Position numbers and translations under genes: made by a program
Shown: positions 52,778 through 63,190 of the stretch, one piece after another
How positions within the stretch are numbered: the stretch's first letter is position 1
How the letters are laid out: every line of letters begins with the position of its first letter
From: Pyrinomonadaceae bacterium
Lineage (GTDB): Bacteria; Acidobacteriota; Blastocatellia; Pyrinomonadales; Pyrinomonadaceae
Reading direction: 5' to 3'
DNA length: 64,000 nucleotides
NCBI GenBank assembly: GCA_036388635.1
Contig: DASVRL010000422.1
Location: forward strand, 1,098 to 65,097
The notes under the pieces: model-generated
The model's input: the letters and a program-made list of their open reading frames with translations, nothing else
Told to the model about the DNA's origin: nothing
Databases searched by the model: none

Positions 52778-54088
52778 ATGATTCGTTTAAAACCAACTGC
52801 CGAAACATCGCACGAATGCCCGCGCTGTCGTTTGAAACTCGCGCCGGACGGCTGGCTGATAACCGGAATGCGTAATCTCGCCGACCTTCGCTGTTTGCAG
52901 TGCGGCGAGGAATTTTACGGCGATTTGCCTTCGGGACAGGCATTATACACGCCGATTTTATTAAATAAATCGAGCGGCGCGATTTACGACTACTACAGCG
53001 TCGGCTGGTTCGCCGATTGGCTGCGCGATGCTTACGCTCGACGAACAAACGAGCCGCTTCGCTTTGAGATAAAAAAGTTTGCGAAAATCGAAAAAAAAGT
53101 GGTCTTGCTGAACTGTCTGGACACGCTTTACGGTCACAGCCTGCTGAAACTGCTCAACGCGCAATATTATATAAATCGCTCGGACGTGAGCTTAATCGTG
53201 CTCGCGCCGCCTTTTCTCGAATGGTTGCTGCCGGACGGCACGGCGCAGGCGTGGATTGTCGATTTGCCGCTGCGGCGCGGAACGGAGTGGAACGATTGGC
53301 TGGCGCACAAAATAAACGAGCAGCTTGAACCGTTTCAGGAGGTTTTCTTGAGCCTCGGTTTTTCGCACCCGCACGCCGACGATTTCGAGATTGAGCGATT
53401 TACCGGAATAAAACCTTTTTCGCTCGAAAATTGGTCTGAGTCCATCAATAAACCTTGTGTAACTTTTATCTGGCGGGACGACCGTTTGTGGGAAACGACA
53501 GCAGGCGGCGAATCTCAGAATCGTTTCGGGAAAATAAAAGGGCGATTCGGCAAACGTCGGGAACGAACCGAAGACCAGCTGCAAAAAGTCATACGATTCG
53601 CCGAATGCCTGCGCGCCGAAATTCCGGCGCTGGATTTTGCCGTCGCGGGAATTGGCGAAGCGAGCGGATTGCCAAATTGGATTTCCGATTTAAGATTAAA
53701 AAATTTAGACGCCGCCGCCGAACGCGCCTGGTGCGAGCGTTATGCTCGAAGCCACGTCGTCGTCGGCGTTCACGGCTCGAATATGCTTTTGCCGTCCGCG
53801 CACGCGGGCGCGGTTATCGAACTCATTAATGAAGACCGTTGGGGAAATTTTCTGCAGGATATTTTGTTTCGACCGTCGGATTTTCGCGAGATGTTTTTTC
53901 GTTACCGCTTCGTGCCGCATTCGACCGCGCCCGACGAATTAGCCCGGCTCGCGGCTTCGGTTTTGCGTTACGAAGACTTCCGGCGATTGATGAGTCCCGA
54001 ATTTTGCCGGCATCGGGAAAACTATGATTTCAGACGATTTCAGTCGGCGCGCGGCGGCGGGCAAATCGATGAGGAGACACGAGGTTAA
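52778..54088 (+). CDS. uncharacterised protein: N-terminal zinc ribbon plus GT-B-like two-lobed body
   Basis: The zinc ribbon is CPRC-x21-CLQC. Later segments VVLLNCLDTLYGHSLLKLL and HVVVGVHGSNMLLPSAHAGAVIELI recall the N- and C-lobe motifs of GT9-type glycosyltransferases. I can assign no family. Confidence 0.45.
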   Translation: MIRLKPTAETSHECPRCRLKLAPDGWLITGMRNLADLRCLQCGEEFYGDLPSGQALYTPILLNKSSGAIYDYYSVGWFADWLRDAYARRTNEPLRFEIKKFAKIEKKVVLLNCLDTLYGHSLLKLLNAQYYINRSDVSLIVLAPPFLEWLLPDGTAQAWIVDLPLRRGTEWNDWLAHKINEQLEPFQEVFLSLGFSHPHADDFEIERFTGIKPFSLENWSESINKPCVTFIWRDDRLWETTAGGESQNRFGKIKGRFGKRRERTEDQLQKVIRFAECLRAEIPALDFAVAGIGEASGLPNWISDLRLKNLDAAAERAWCERYARSHVVVGVHGSNMLLPSAHAGAVIELINEDRWGNFLQDILFRPSDFREMFFRYRFVPHSTAPDELARLAASVLRYEDFRRLMSPEFCRHRENYDFRRFQSARGGGQIDEETRG

Positions 54089-56019
54089 TGTGCGGCATTA
54101 GCGGAATCGTCACGCGGGAAAAAATGTCCGCCGATTTGTCGGCGGCGGTTTCGCGTATGAACGCGGCGCAGATTCATCGCGGTCCGGACGGCGCGGGCGA
54201 ATTTTCTGCCGAACACGTCAAGTTGTCGATGCGCCGCCTTTCCATTATTGATTTGGAAGGCGGCGCGCAGCCTCTCTATAACGAAGACAAATCGCTCGCT
54301 TTAATTATCAACGGCGAAATTTATAATTACCGCGAGCTGCGCGACCGTTTAAAAAAATCGGGACATGCATTTAGCACCGAAACGGACGGCGAAGCGATTC
54401 TGCATCTTTACGAGGAGAATGATTCGAATTTCATCGAGCACCTGCGCGGGATGTTCGCCTTTGCTCTGTGGGACTCTAAGCGGCGGCGTTTGATTCTCGC
54501 CCGCGACCGGATGGGCGAAAAGCCTCTGTATCTTTTCGAGCAGGACGGCGCGCTGGTTTTCGCGTCGGAATTAAAGGGCTTGCTGCATTCGGGTCTCGTG
54601 CCGTTCGAATTGAATCCGCACGCCGTCAATCTTTATTTTCATTATCAATACGTGCCCGAACCGCTGACGCCGCTAAAAGGAGTGCGAAAGCTGGACGCCG
54701 CGCATCTTCTCACGGTGGATGTCGAAAATTGGCGGCTGGAAGAAAAAAAATACTGGCGAATGGAAGATGCGCCGCCGCTGCCGGTCGGCGAGCCGGGCGA
54801 CGTGATCCGGGAAAAGCTCGAAGAAGTCAGCCGGTTAATCGTGCGCTCAGACGTTCCGGTCGGCGTTGCGTTGAGCGGCGGCTTGGATTCGAGCGTGGTG
54901 GCGGCTTTCGCCGCGCGCGAACACGATAATCTCTGCGCCTTCAGCGTCGGTTACGCCGGACGACCCGACTGCGACGAACGCGAAGATGCAGCGGCGCTGG
55001 CGAACCATTTAAATTTGCCTTTTCACGAAATCGAACTCGATACCGAAACGATCGTCGATTTTTTTCCTGAGCTTAATTACTGGCGCGACGACCCCGTTGC
55101 CGACATCGCCGGTTTCGGCTACTACGCCGTGATGAAGCTGGCGCGCGAGCAGGGCGTCCCGGTGCTGTTGCAAGGGCAGGGCGGCGACGAGCTTTTCTGG
55201 GGCTACCCGCAGCTGCGCGACGCCGCGCGCGAAACGCGTTTGAAAGCCGCGCTGCTCGGCAGTCCGTTTTCCCAGGCGCTGCGGCAAACCTTGATGCTCC
55301 GTCTTCCATATTATCGTTCGGAACAAACCGTTTCTTCGTGGGCGCGAGATTTCGCTGGACTGCGTTCCGGCTGGCGCAGCGTCCGTCGGCGGCGCGAAAA
55401 TCCGGCGCGAATGATTTTTTACGATTTATCGCCGGATTTTGCGAGCGCGGCGGCGCAGATGCGGAATTTTTACGGCAAGAGTTTCGTCGAACAGGTTAAC
55501 GATAGCGATGCCGGAGAAATATTTACTTTTCCCGGCGGCTGGTCGCCGGCGGAAACCGCTTTGACTAAATTGATTTGTGATACATACCTGCGCGAAAACG
55601 GCATCACGCAGGGCGACCGTCTGGGAATGGCTTCTTCAGTCGAGATGCGGCTGCCGCTCGTCGATTATAAGTTTGTCGAAACGGTTGTCGGTTTGCGAAA
55701 AAGGCATTCGGATTCGTCGCTTCCGCCGAAACACTGGCTCAGGCAGGCTGTCAAAGACGTTTTGCCGGAATGGGTTTTAAATCGACCCAAACGCGGTTTC
55801 GCCCCGCCGACGCGCCAGTGGCACGACGCGCTTTTTGCCGCTTACGGCGAATCTCTGCGCGACGGTTATCTGGTGCAGTCAGACGTTTTAAATCGAGAAA
55901 GCGCGGCGCGTCTCGCCGAAGGAGAATTTCCGCTTGAGGCGACCAGCCCGCTGTCTTTCAAAGCGCTTGTCCTGGAACAGTGGTGTCGCCGGATGCGGCG
56001 GATTATTCCGACAAATTAA
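54088..56019 (+). CDS. asnB: asparagine synthase (glutamine-hydrolysing)-family amidotransferase
   Basis: It has the MCGISG N-terminal nucleophile and the PP-loop SGGLDSS. At 643 aa, its start overlaps the previous stop. Confidence 0.88.
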   Translation: MCGISGIVTREKMSADLSAAVSRMNAAQIHRGPDGAGEFSAEHVKLSMRRLSIIDLEGGAQPLYNEDKSLALIINGEIYNYRELRDRLKKSGHAFSTETDGEAILHLYEENDSNFIEHLRGMFAFALWDSKRRRLILARDRMGEKPLYLFEQDGALVFASELKGLLHSGLVPFELNPHAVNLYFHYQYVPEPLTPLKGVRKLDAAHLLTVDVENWRLEEKKYWRMEDAPPLPVGEPGDVIREKLEEVSRLIVRSDVPVGVALSGGLDSSVVAAFAAREHDNLCAFSVGYAGRPDCDEREDAAALANHLNLPFHEIELDTETIVDFFPELNYWRDDPVADIAGFGYYAVMKLAREQGVPVLLQGQGGDELFWGYPQLRDAARETRLKAALLGSPFSQALRQTLMLRLPYYRSEQTVSSWARDFAGLRSGWRSVRRRRENPARMIFYDLSPDFASAAAQMRNFYGKSFVEQVNDSDAGEIFTFPGGWSPAETALTKLICDTYLRENGITQGDRLGMASSVEMRLPLVDYKFVETVVGLRKRHSDSSLPPKHWLRQAVKDVLPEWVLNRPKRGFAPPTRQWHDALFAAYGESLRDGYLVQSDVLNRESAARLAEGEFPLEATSPLSFKALVLEQWCRRMRRIIPTN

Positions 56020-56038
56020 TTTGAATTTTCAGGCAGTA

Positions 56039-57337
56039 ATGCAGCTTTTGAAGAAAAAATTACGTATCGCCATCAACGCGCAGATTCCGCTCGGCAGCGG
56101 CACGGGCGGCATCGAAACCGTGCTGCGCGCCCTGACTTCTCTCGGGCGTTTGGGCGACGGCGAAGAGGAATATGTTTTTATCGGTCACTGGTCTGACCCG
56201 GATTGGCTGAAGCCGTTTTTGGGCGAGCGCCAGACGATAGTTTCCGCGCCGCGTCCGAAAGAAAATAAACCGACCGCCGCCGAAACTTTTAAACGCTCGT
56301 TAGGCAGCCTGCGCCCGCTCGCCGGTCGAGTCAAGCGAGTTTTCGCGCCGCCGCAATCGCGCGCGCAGCCGCCTCCGACCCGGATTTCTGTTCCCGTCTC
56401 GGATGGATTTTACGAAAGTCTCGGCTGCGACGTAATTCATTTTCCTTATCAGGACTATGTTTACTGCAAAGTCGCCACGGTTTATAACCCGCACGATTTA
56501 CAGCATCTTCACTATCCGGATTTTTTCTCGCCCGCAGAAATTGAAAGGCGCGAGATTGTTTATCCGGCGGCTTGCCGCGCCGCCGAGACGGTCGTCGTCG
56601 CTTCCGGGTTCGTCAAACAGGATGTAATGCAAAGTTACGGCGTCGCGGAAAATAAAGTTCAGGTCATTCATTGGGCGCCGCCCGAAACGAATTTAGAAAA
56701 GTTTTCAGTAGACGAAGCGCGGCTTTTGTCGGCGAAATATGAACTGCCCGCCGCGCCGTTTGTGCTTTATCCGGCGATGACCTGGGAACATAAAAATCAC
56801 ATCAGATTGCTCGAAGCCATCGCGCTTTTGCGCGAGCGTGAGAATTTGCGAATAAATCTCGTCTGCACCGGACATAAAAACGCTTTCTGGACAAACATTG
56901 AGCGGCGACTCGGCGAACTGCGACTGGAAGAGCAGGTTAAATTTACAGGCGTCGTCTCGCACCGCGAGTTAAGCGCGCTTTATCTTCGAGCGCAGTTCGT
57001 CGTCATCCCGACGCTGTTCGAGGCGGCGAGCGCGCCGCTCTTTGAGGCGTGGCAGCACAATGCAGCGGCGGCTTGCTCGTCCGTCACCTCGCTGCCGGAA
57101 CAGGCGGCTGATGCGGCGCTGCTTTTCAACCCGTTTTCCGTCGAAGAAATCGCCGATGCTTTAAAACGAATGGCAACCGACGAAGGCTTGCGCCGCACGC
57201 TTCGCGCCAAAGGAACCAGACGCCTGGCGGATTTCAGCCTCGAACGCACGGCGAGAGCTTACCGGGCGGTTTACAGAAAAATCTCGCGCGCAGCATTAAG
57301 CAATGAAGATAGGCGAATTCTTTCGTTGCCGGTATAA
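56039..57337 (+). CDS. glycosyltransferase family 4 (GT-B, GT1 clan)
   Basis: I chose the ATG at 56039, after the asnB stop. The C-terminal region has the E-x7-E-type motif (FEAASAPLFEAWQHNAAAACS). Confidence 0.8.
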   Translation: MQLLKKKLRIAINAQIPLGSGTGGIETVLRALTSLGRLGDGEEEYVFIGHWSDPDWLKPFLGERQTIVSAPRPKENKPTAAETFKRSLGSLRPLAGRVKRVFAPPQSRAQPPPTRISVPVSDGFYESLGCDVIHFPYQDYVYCKVATVYNPHDLQHLHYPDFFSPAEIERREIVYPAACRAAETVVVASGFVKQDVMQSYGVAENKVQVIHWAPPETNLEKFSVDEARLLSAKYELPAAPFVLYPAMTWEHKNHIRLLEAIALLRERENLRINLVCTGHKNAFWTNIERRLGELRLEEQVKFTGVVSHRELSALYLRAQFVVIPTLFEAASAPLFEAWQHNAAAACSSVTSLPEQAADAALLFNPFSVEEIADALKRMATDEGLRRTLRAKGTRRLADFSLERTARAYRAVYRKISRAALSNEDRRILSLPV

Positions 57338-57402
57338 TATTATAATAAAAGGGAGCGGCAAAATTTATTACCTCCCGTAAAATCGGCGTTTCGGTAAATA
57401 TT

Positions 57403-58449
57403 ATGAAAAAGGCTTTAATCACGGGCGTGACCGGGCAGGACGGCTCTTATCTTGCCGAGCTTCTGCTGCAAAAAGGCTATGAAGTTCACGGCATCATCCG
57501 GCGCGCGTCTACCTTTAATACCGAGCGGATTGACCACCTCTATCAAGACCCGCACGAGCGGGAGAAAACGTTTATTCTTCATTACGGCGATTTGGCGGAC
57601 GGGACGAGTTTGAGGCGGATTCTGGAAAAAATTCAGCCGGACGAGATTTATAATCTGGGCGCGCAGTCGCACGTCAAGGTTTCCTTCGAGCAGCCCGAAT
57701 ACACCGCCGATATTGTCGGGACGGGAACGCTGCGACTGCTCGAAGCCGTGCGCGATTCGCTCACAGGCAACGGAAAGGAAATTCGTTTTTACCAGGCAGG
57801 TTCTTCGGAAATGTACGGCGGCGCGCCCGCTCCGCAAAATGAAAAAACTCCCTTTTATCCGCGCAGCCCGTATGCCGTCGGCAAAGTCGCGGCGCACTGG
57901 TTTGCCGTCAATTACCGCGAATCTTACGGAATGTTTATTTGCAACGGCATTCTTTTCAACCACGAATCCGAGCGGCGCGGCGAAACGTTTGTCACTCGTA
58001 AAATTACGCGCGCACTGGCGCGGATTAAAACCGGTTTGCAGGAAAAGCTTTATTTGGGCAATCTCGACGCCGTCCGCGATTGGGGACACACGGCGGATTA
58101 CGTCGAGGCGATGTGGCTGATGCTGCAACAGCCCGAACCGGACGATTACGTCGTGGCGACCGGCGAAGCGCATTCGGTGCGCGATTTTCTCGACGAAGCT
58201 TTCGGTCTGGCACAGCTCGACTGGCAGGATTACGTCGAGATAGACGCCGGATATTTTCGTCCGGCGGAAGCGAATTATTTACTGGGCGACGCGACGAAAA
58301 TCAGAGAAAAACTCGGCTGGCAGCCGAAAATCAAATTTAAGGAACTGGTCAGATTAATGTACGAACACGACCTTGAGCTGGCGCGGCAGGAAAAAGTTTT
58401 AAAGGACAACGGTCACGTCGTTGCGCTGAGAGGCAGAGTCAATGCTTGA
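57403..58449 (+). CDS. gmd: GDP-mannose 4,6-dehydratase
   Basis: It starts [47 protein letters not shown]. It also has SSEMYG and YAVGKV (YxxxK), and [17 protein letters not shown]. Confidence 0.95.
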   Translation: MKKALITGVTGQDGSYLAELLLQKGYEVHGIIRRASTFNTERIDHLYQDPHEREKTFILHYGDLADGTSLRRILEKIQPDEIYNLGAQSHVKVSFEQPEYTADIVGTGTLRLLEAVRDSLTGNGKEIRFYQAGSSEMYGGAPAPQNEKTPFYPRSPYAVGKVAAHWFAVNYRESYGMFICNGILFNHESERRGETFVTRKITRALARIKTGLQEKLYLGNLDAVRDWGHTADYVEAMWLMLQQPEPDDYVVATGEAHSVRDFLDEAFGLAQLDWQDYVEIDAGYFRPAEANYLLGDATKIREKLGWQPKIKFKELVRLMYEHDLELARQEKVLKDNGHVVALRGRVNA

Positions 58450-59470
58450 AAAAGACGACAAAATATTTGTTGCCGGTCATCGGGGCTTGGCTGGCTCGGC
58501 GATTTTGCGCAGGCTCGAAACCGAAGGCTTCGGGCGGATTCTGACCCGCACGCGCGCCGAGCTGGATTTAACCGTTCAAGCGCAGGTCGAAAATTTCTTT
58601 GCGGCGGAGAAACCCGAAATCGTCTTTCTGGCAGCCGGAAAAGTCGGCGGCATCTGGGCTAACAACTCGCAGCCGGCGGACTTTATCCGCGATAACCTTT
58701 TGATACAAACGAACGTCATCGATGCGGCGCATCGTCACGGCGTAAAGAAATTTATTTTCCTCGGCTCGTCCTGCATTTATCCGAAGCACGCGCCGCAGCC
58801 TCTGAAGGAAGAATACCTTTTAACGTCGGCTTTAGAGCCGACCAACGAGGCTTACGCGATTGCTAAAATCGCCGGAATAAAAATGTGTCAGGCTTATCGC
58901 CGGCAATACGGATTCGGCAGCATCTGCCTGATGCCGACCAATCTGTACGGAACAAATGACAATTTCGATTTGGCGAATTCGCACGTTCTGCCCGCGCTTT
59001 TGCGAAAGTTTCACGAAGCGAAAACGAACGGTTATGAGACGGTCAAGATATGGGGAACCGGAACTCCGCAAAGAGAGTTTCTGCACGCGGACGATTTAGC
59101 CGACGCCTGTCATTTTTTGATGCGGCAGCCGTCGGAAACGCTTAATGCCGCCGCGCCCGACGGAATTATTAACGTCGGCGTCGGCGAAGACGTCAGCATT
59201 CTTCAGTTGGCGGAAATTATCAGCCGGACGGTGGAATTTCGAGGCAGTTTGGAGTTCGATTCGACGAAACCCGACGGAACTCCGCGCAAACTGCTCGACG
59301 TGTGCCGCCTCGCCGGTCTCGGCTGGAAAGCGAAAATTTCCCTGAGCGAAGGCATCGCTCAGACGTATCGTTGGTATAAAGAAGCGTTTGGGCGTGACAA
59401 TCGGGAATCAGAACAGGAATCCAATCAAATAAATTCCCACCACGAACAAAATCGAATCGGGGTTTATTAA
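58442..59470 (+). CDS. fcl: GDP-L-fucose synthase (GDP-4-keto-6-deoxymannose 3,5-epimerase/4-reductase)
   Basis: It has [36 protein letters not shown] and NLYG.NDNF. It overlaps gmd by 8 nt and has a ~25-aa polar C-terminal extension. Confidence 0.92.
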   Translation: MLEKDDKIFVAGHRGLAGSAILRRLETEGFGRILTRTRAELDLTVQAQVENFFAAEKPEIVFLAAGKVGGIWANNSQPADFIRDNLLIQTNVIDAAHRHGVKKFIFLGSSCIYPKHAPQPLKEEYLLTSALEPTNEAYAIAKIAGIKMCQAYRRQYGFGSICLMPTNLYGTNDNFDLANSHVLPALLRKFHEAKTNGYETVKIWGTGTPQREFLHADDLADACHFLMRQPSETLNAAAPDGIINVGVGEDVSILQLAEIISRTVEFRGSLEFDSTKPDGTPRKLLDVCRLAGLGWKAKISLSEGIAQTYRWYKEAFGRDNRESEQESNQINSHHEQNRIGVY

Positions 59471-59725
59471 AAGCCGAACTGAACGAAATTACGAAACCGG
59501 AGAATTTGTGTTAATAAAATCGCTTTAATAATTGAATCCGTTTTTAGTTTTTCGGCGAATTTACCAATACGGTTAATTGCGACCAAATTTACGAATAAGT
59601 AAACTTTTGTGCAAAAGCCCCGATAATAGTCAATGACGAGAGACGGCGAGTGTTTCAGTTAGTTTAATAACAGCAGCAAATATGTGGATTGACGAAGATA
59701 TTTGAAATAGTGTTGAGGAGAATTA

Positions 59726-60895
59726 TTGAGCCGGAGTCTTTTTCGATTTGCGTTTGTCAGTTCCTGCACCGATTTCTGGGGCGGGAGCGAAGAGCTTTGG
59801 GCGGGAGCCGCGCATATCTTTGCTGCTGCCGGGCATCGGGTGCGGGCTTTCAAGACCAATGTCGACCGCCGCGCGAAGCAGGTCATTAAACTCGAATCGG
59901 CAAATTGCCCGGTGGAGGATTTACAAGGTCTGCCGCCGAAACCGCTCCGGTTAATCAACAGATTTCTGCCGCATGACCGGCAGCATCTTCATAAAAACTA
60001 CGCTCAAAAATCGCTGGATAAAGCTTTGCGAAGCTTTCAGCCCGATTTGACCGTCGTTTCGCAGGGAATAAATTTCGACGGCGCTTATCTGGCGGAAGTT
60101 TGCCGTCGGCGGAAGCTTCCATACGTCGTCGTGGCGCAAAAAGCGGTCGATTTTTTGTTTCCGGCGGACGAAGAGCGAGCCAGTGTCCGCGCGGTTTACG
60201 AAGCGGCGGTAAAATGTTTTTTCGTCTCGCGGCATAATCTGAATCTGACCGAGGAGCAAATCGGCGCTGCGCTGCCAAACGCCGAAATCGTCTTTAATCC
60301 GTACGCCGCGCCGTTTGAAAATTTATTGTCGTGGAATGATGCAGGCAGCGGCAAAATCAGGCTCGCCTGTGTGGCGCGGCTGTTCATAATCGATAAGGGG
60401 CAGGACATTCTGCTGCGCGTTCTCGCTCAGGAGAAATGGAAAAAACGCGAGCTGGAAGTCGTGTTTTACGGCGAAGGTGTTAACAAACAAGCGCTCGCGG
60501 AAATGGTTCGTTTGCTGGAAGTTCGCAACGTAAAATTCGCGGGCTATGTCGCGGACGTCGAGCAAATCTGGAAGGAAAGCCACGCGCTGGTCTTGCCTTC
60601 CCGCAGCGAAGGATTGCCGCTCGCGCTGGTCGAAGCGATGCTGTACGGTCGCCCGTCGATTGTGACCCGCGTCGGAGGAATGGCTGAAGTCGTCGCCGAT
60701 AATGTGACGGGTTTTATTGCCGCCGCGCCGACGGCGGAAGCCTTTGACGAAGCGCTCGAGCGGGCGTGGGCGCAGCGACGCGATTGGCGGCAGATAGGAA
60801 TGCGCGCTGCCGATTCGATTAGAAAAATTGTTCCGCCTGACCCTTGTCGGCGGTTTGCCGATAAGCTGGCTGAGCTGACGAAAGAATTAAACTGA
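59726..60895 (+). CDS. glycosyltransferase family 4 (GT-B)
   Basis: TTG start with GAGGAG 5 nt upstream. The motif is LVLPSRSEGLPLALVEAMLYGRPSIVTRVGG (E-x7-E). Confidence 0.8.
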   Translation: MSRSLFRFAFVSSCTDFWGGSEELWAGAAHIFAAAGHRVRAFKTNVDRRAKQVIKLESANCPVEDLQGLPPKPLRLINRFLPHDRQHLHKNYAQKSLDKALRSFQPDLTVVSQGINFDGAYLAEVCRRRKLPYVVVAQKAVDFLFPADEERASVRAVYEAAVKCFFVSRHNLNLTEEQIGAALPNAEIVFNPYAAPFENLLSWNDAGSGKIRLACVARLFIIDKGQDILLRVLAQEKWKKRELEVVFYGEGVNKQALAEMVRLLEVRNVKFAGYVADVEQIWKESHALVLPSRSEGLPLALVEAMLYGRPSIVTRVGGMAEVVADNVTGFIAAAPTAEAFDEALERAWAQRRDWRQIGMRAADSIRKIVPPDPCRRFADKLAELTKELN

Positions 60896-60908
60896 CCGAC
60901 TCTTTAAA

Positions 60909-61910
60909 ATGAATCATAAACTGGTTTCCGTTATTATCCCGACATTTAATCGCGCCCCTGTCGTGGTCGAAGCCATCCGCAGCGCGCAAGCCCAGAGCTA
61001 CCCGGCAAAACAGATAATCGTCGTCGACGACGGCTCGATTGATGACACCGCGCGGGCGGTCGCGCAGTTTGAAGGCGTCGAGTATTACCGCCAGGAAAAC
61101 AAGGGACAGGCGGCGGCGCGCAATTTAGGCTTGCGTTACGCCAAAGGCGAATACATTGCCTCTCTGGATTCGGACGACGTCTGGAACGAGGAATTTCTGA
61201 CCGACAGTATTAATTGTCTGGAAAAACACGAATTGGATTTCGTTTTTCTCAATTGGTCGAGCTCGGACGGGAAAGAAAATTTTCTGGATTTCTGGGAGCG
61301 CAAGAAAAAGTGGCGAAATTTTACCGAGAGTCAGGACAAGCAGTGGTTTTTGCTGAATCCGGGGCAAGTTCGCCGGTTGTATCTGGAAACTTGCCCGTCG
61401 CCTTCTTCGTCGCTTTTGATTCGTCGCCGCTCACTGATTTCCAAATGGAACGAAGAGATGATTATTGCCGACGACTGGTTTCTGATTTTGGAAATGGTGC
61501 TTTCCAAACCCTGCCGCGCCGCTTTCACCCTTTCGCCCTACTGGTTAAAGCGGGTCTTCGACGACAACATTTACGACGGCAAAGAGCTTCTGGAAATCAG
61601 CAAAAATCTCGGACTGCACGACGAGCGTTTAATGGCTCAGCGCTTTAGCTCGCAATTAACGCCGGAAGAAAAAAACATTCTCCGCGAAAGATTGATTCAT
61701 CATCATCTTAACTTCGGGCGATTAAGCTGGAAATTTGAAGGCATCTCAAAAAATGTGCTCATCGGCGTCGCCGCCGCTTTCGCGCTGGCGCCCGTCGGAT
61801 TCGGCGTCTATATTACGAAAATATTTATAGACCACCTTAAAAATCGCCGGAATGTGGAAACTCTGCCGAATGCGGCGACGGCTAAAATTTTCCGTCCCGA
61901 AGAAGATTAA
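60909..61910 (+). CDS. glycosyltransferase family 2 with C-terminal TM helix
   Basis: It has VSVIIPTFNRAPVVVEAIRSAQAQSY..IIVVDDGSIDDT and a DSDD (DxD) motif. Confidence 0.85.
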   Translation: MNHKLVSVIIPTFNRAPVVVEAIRSAQAQSYPAKQIIVVDDGSIDDTARAVAQFEGVEYYRQENKGQAAARNLGLRYAKGEYIASLDSDDVWNEEFLTDSINCLEKHELDFVFLNWSSSDGKENFLDFWERKKKWRNFTESQDKQWFLLNPGQVRRLYLETCPSPSSSLLIRRRSLISKWNEEMIIADDWFLILEMVLSKPCRAAFTLSPYWLKRVFDDNIYDGKELLEISKNLGLHDERLMAQRFSSQLTPEEKNILRERLIHHHLNFGRLSWKFEGISKNVLIGVAAAFALAPVGFGVYITKIFIDHLKNRRNVETLPNAATAKIFRPEED

Positions 61911-62026
61911 GCGGTTATCGCAAGTGAATTTTTACTCCGCTCCGCAAAGCGCTCGCTGGGCAAATGCTATTAACAGAAGAAGCGCTTTCGCCGGCGCTTT
62001 TTCCGATTATTCGACATCACCGCTTT

Positions 62027-63100
62027 CTAGGCTTCAAACGGAACTTCGGCGTTTTGTAAAAGGTTGGGTTCGTTGCGCGTTACTTTTTCGAGCAGGTTCG
62101 GCTCGTCAAACATCTGCAAAAGCCCGCGAACCGTAGCGTAGCGCGGCTCGTCGGAAATGAGAAAAGGCAGATTTACTTTTTCGCGGAGATACTGGTCGAT
62201 GCCGTCGAGCAGCGCGCCGCCGCCGGTTAAAATCACGCCGCGGTCGAAAACGTCGGCAGCGACTTCCGGGCGCAGTTCCGTTAAAGTATCGCTGATGATT
62301 TGAGCGACGCGGCGAATAATGGCTTCGATAACCGGATAAATTTCTCCGGCGGTGATTTCCACCGCGTTCGGGCTGCCGGTCTGCACGTCGCGCCCGCGCG
62401 CGATGGTCGATTTGGCTAAATCCTGCGGCAGAATGGCAGAGGCGAAATCGGTTTTCAGTTTTTCGGTCGTCTCCTCGCCGATTTGCAAGCCGCGATGACG
62501 GCGAACGTGATTCGCCAGCGCGAGATTGATTTCGTTGCTGCCGATGCGTTCGGCGCGCGCGTGAACGACGTTTCCTTTGGCGACGATGGCGATATTGGTC
62601 GTGCTCGCGCCGAGGTCGACGACCGCCGAAGCGCGTTTGTCGCGCGGAGAAACGCCCGCGCCGAAAGCCGCCGCCAAACCTTCCTCCATCATAAAGACTT
62701 TGCCGATGTGCGATTCTTCAGCTGCGTGCATCAGAGCGCGCTGCTCGACGTGCGTCACTTCCGAAAGCATACTCATCACGGCTTGCGTCGAAACCTGCGA
62801 GCCGCCCGATTTCGATTTGCGCACAAAATAGGCGAGCATTTTTTTCGTCCGTTCAAAATCCGCCACCACGCCGCCGCTCAAAGGCGCGATGACCACGACA
62901 TCGCGACCTTCGCGTCCCTGCATGTCGTAGGCTTCCTGCCCGTAGGCGACGATTTCTTCGGTCAATTCATTGACGGCGACCAGCGACGGCTCGTCCAAAA
63001 CAATATCTCGCCCTTTGACGGCGATAATCGTGCTGGCGGTGCCCATGTCGATCGCCATCGAATCCGTAACCAAATTTCTGAGTGATGCTATTCCCTTCAT
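62027..63100 (-). CDS. MreB/Mbl-family actin-like ATPase (divergent, no mreCD nearby)
   Basis: It has IDMGTASTIIAVKGRDIVLDEPSLVAV (phosphate 1), VVDLGASTTNIAIV (phosphate 2) and GVILTGGGALLDGIDQYL (adenosine motif). Confidence 0.8.
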   Translation of the reverse strand: MKGIASLRNLVTDSMAIDMGTASTIIAVKGRDIVLDEPSLVAVNELTEEIVAYGQEAYDMQGREGRDVVVIAPLSGGVVADFERTKKMLAYFVRKSKSGGSQVSTQAVMSMLSEVTHVEQRALMHAAEESHIGKVFMMEEGLAAAFGAGVSPRDKRASAVVDLGASTTNIAIVAKGNVVHARAERIGSNEINLALANHVRRHRGLQIGEETTEKLKTDFASAILPQDLAKSTIARGRDVQTGSPNAVEITAGEIYPVIEAIIRRVAQIISDTLTELRPEVAADVFDRGVILTGGGALLDGIDQYLREKVNLPFLISDEPRYATVRGLLQMFDEPNLLEKVTRNEPNLLQNAEVPFEA

Positions 63101-63190
63101 AGAGGCTGCTTTTCCTAATAAACTCGTAATAACTGAAATTTTCTGTTTTGGGAGAGTTTTTTCAGAAAATTTCGATTCGCTAATTCTAAC

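Noticed and set aside
55934-56038. An upstream extension of the GT4 ORF (start at 55934) overlapping the end of asnB by 86 nt
   Set aside because: The extension is Arg/Cys/Gly-rich and overlaps a well-supported gene. The ATG at 56039 begins a normal glycosyltransferase N-terminus (MQLLKKKLRIAINAQ).
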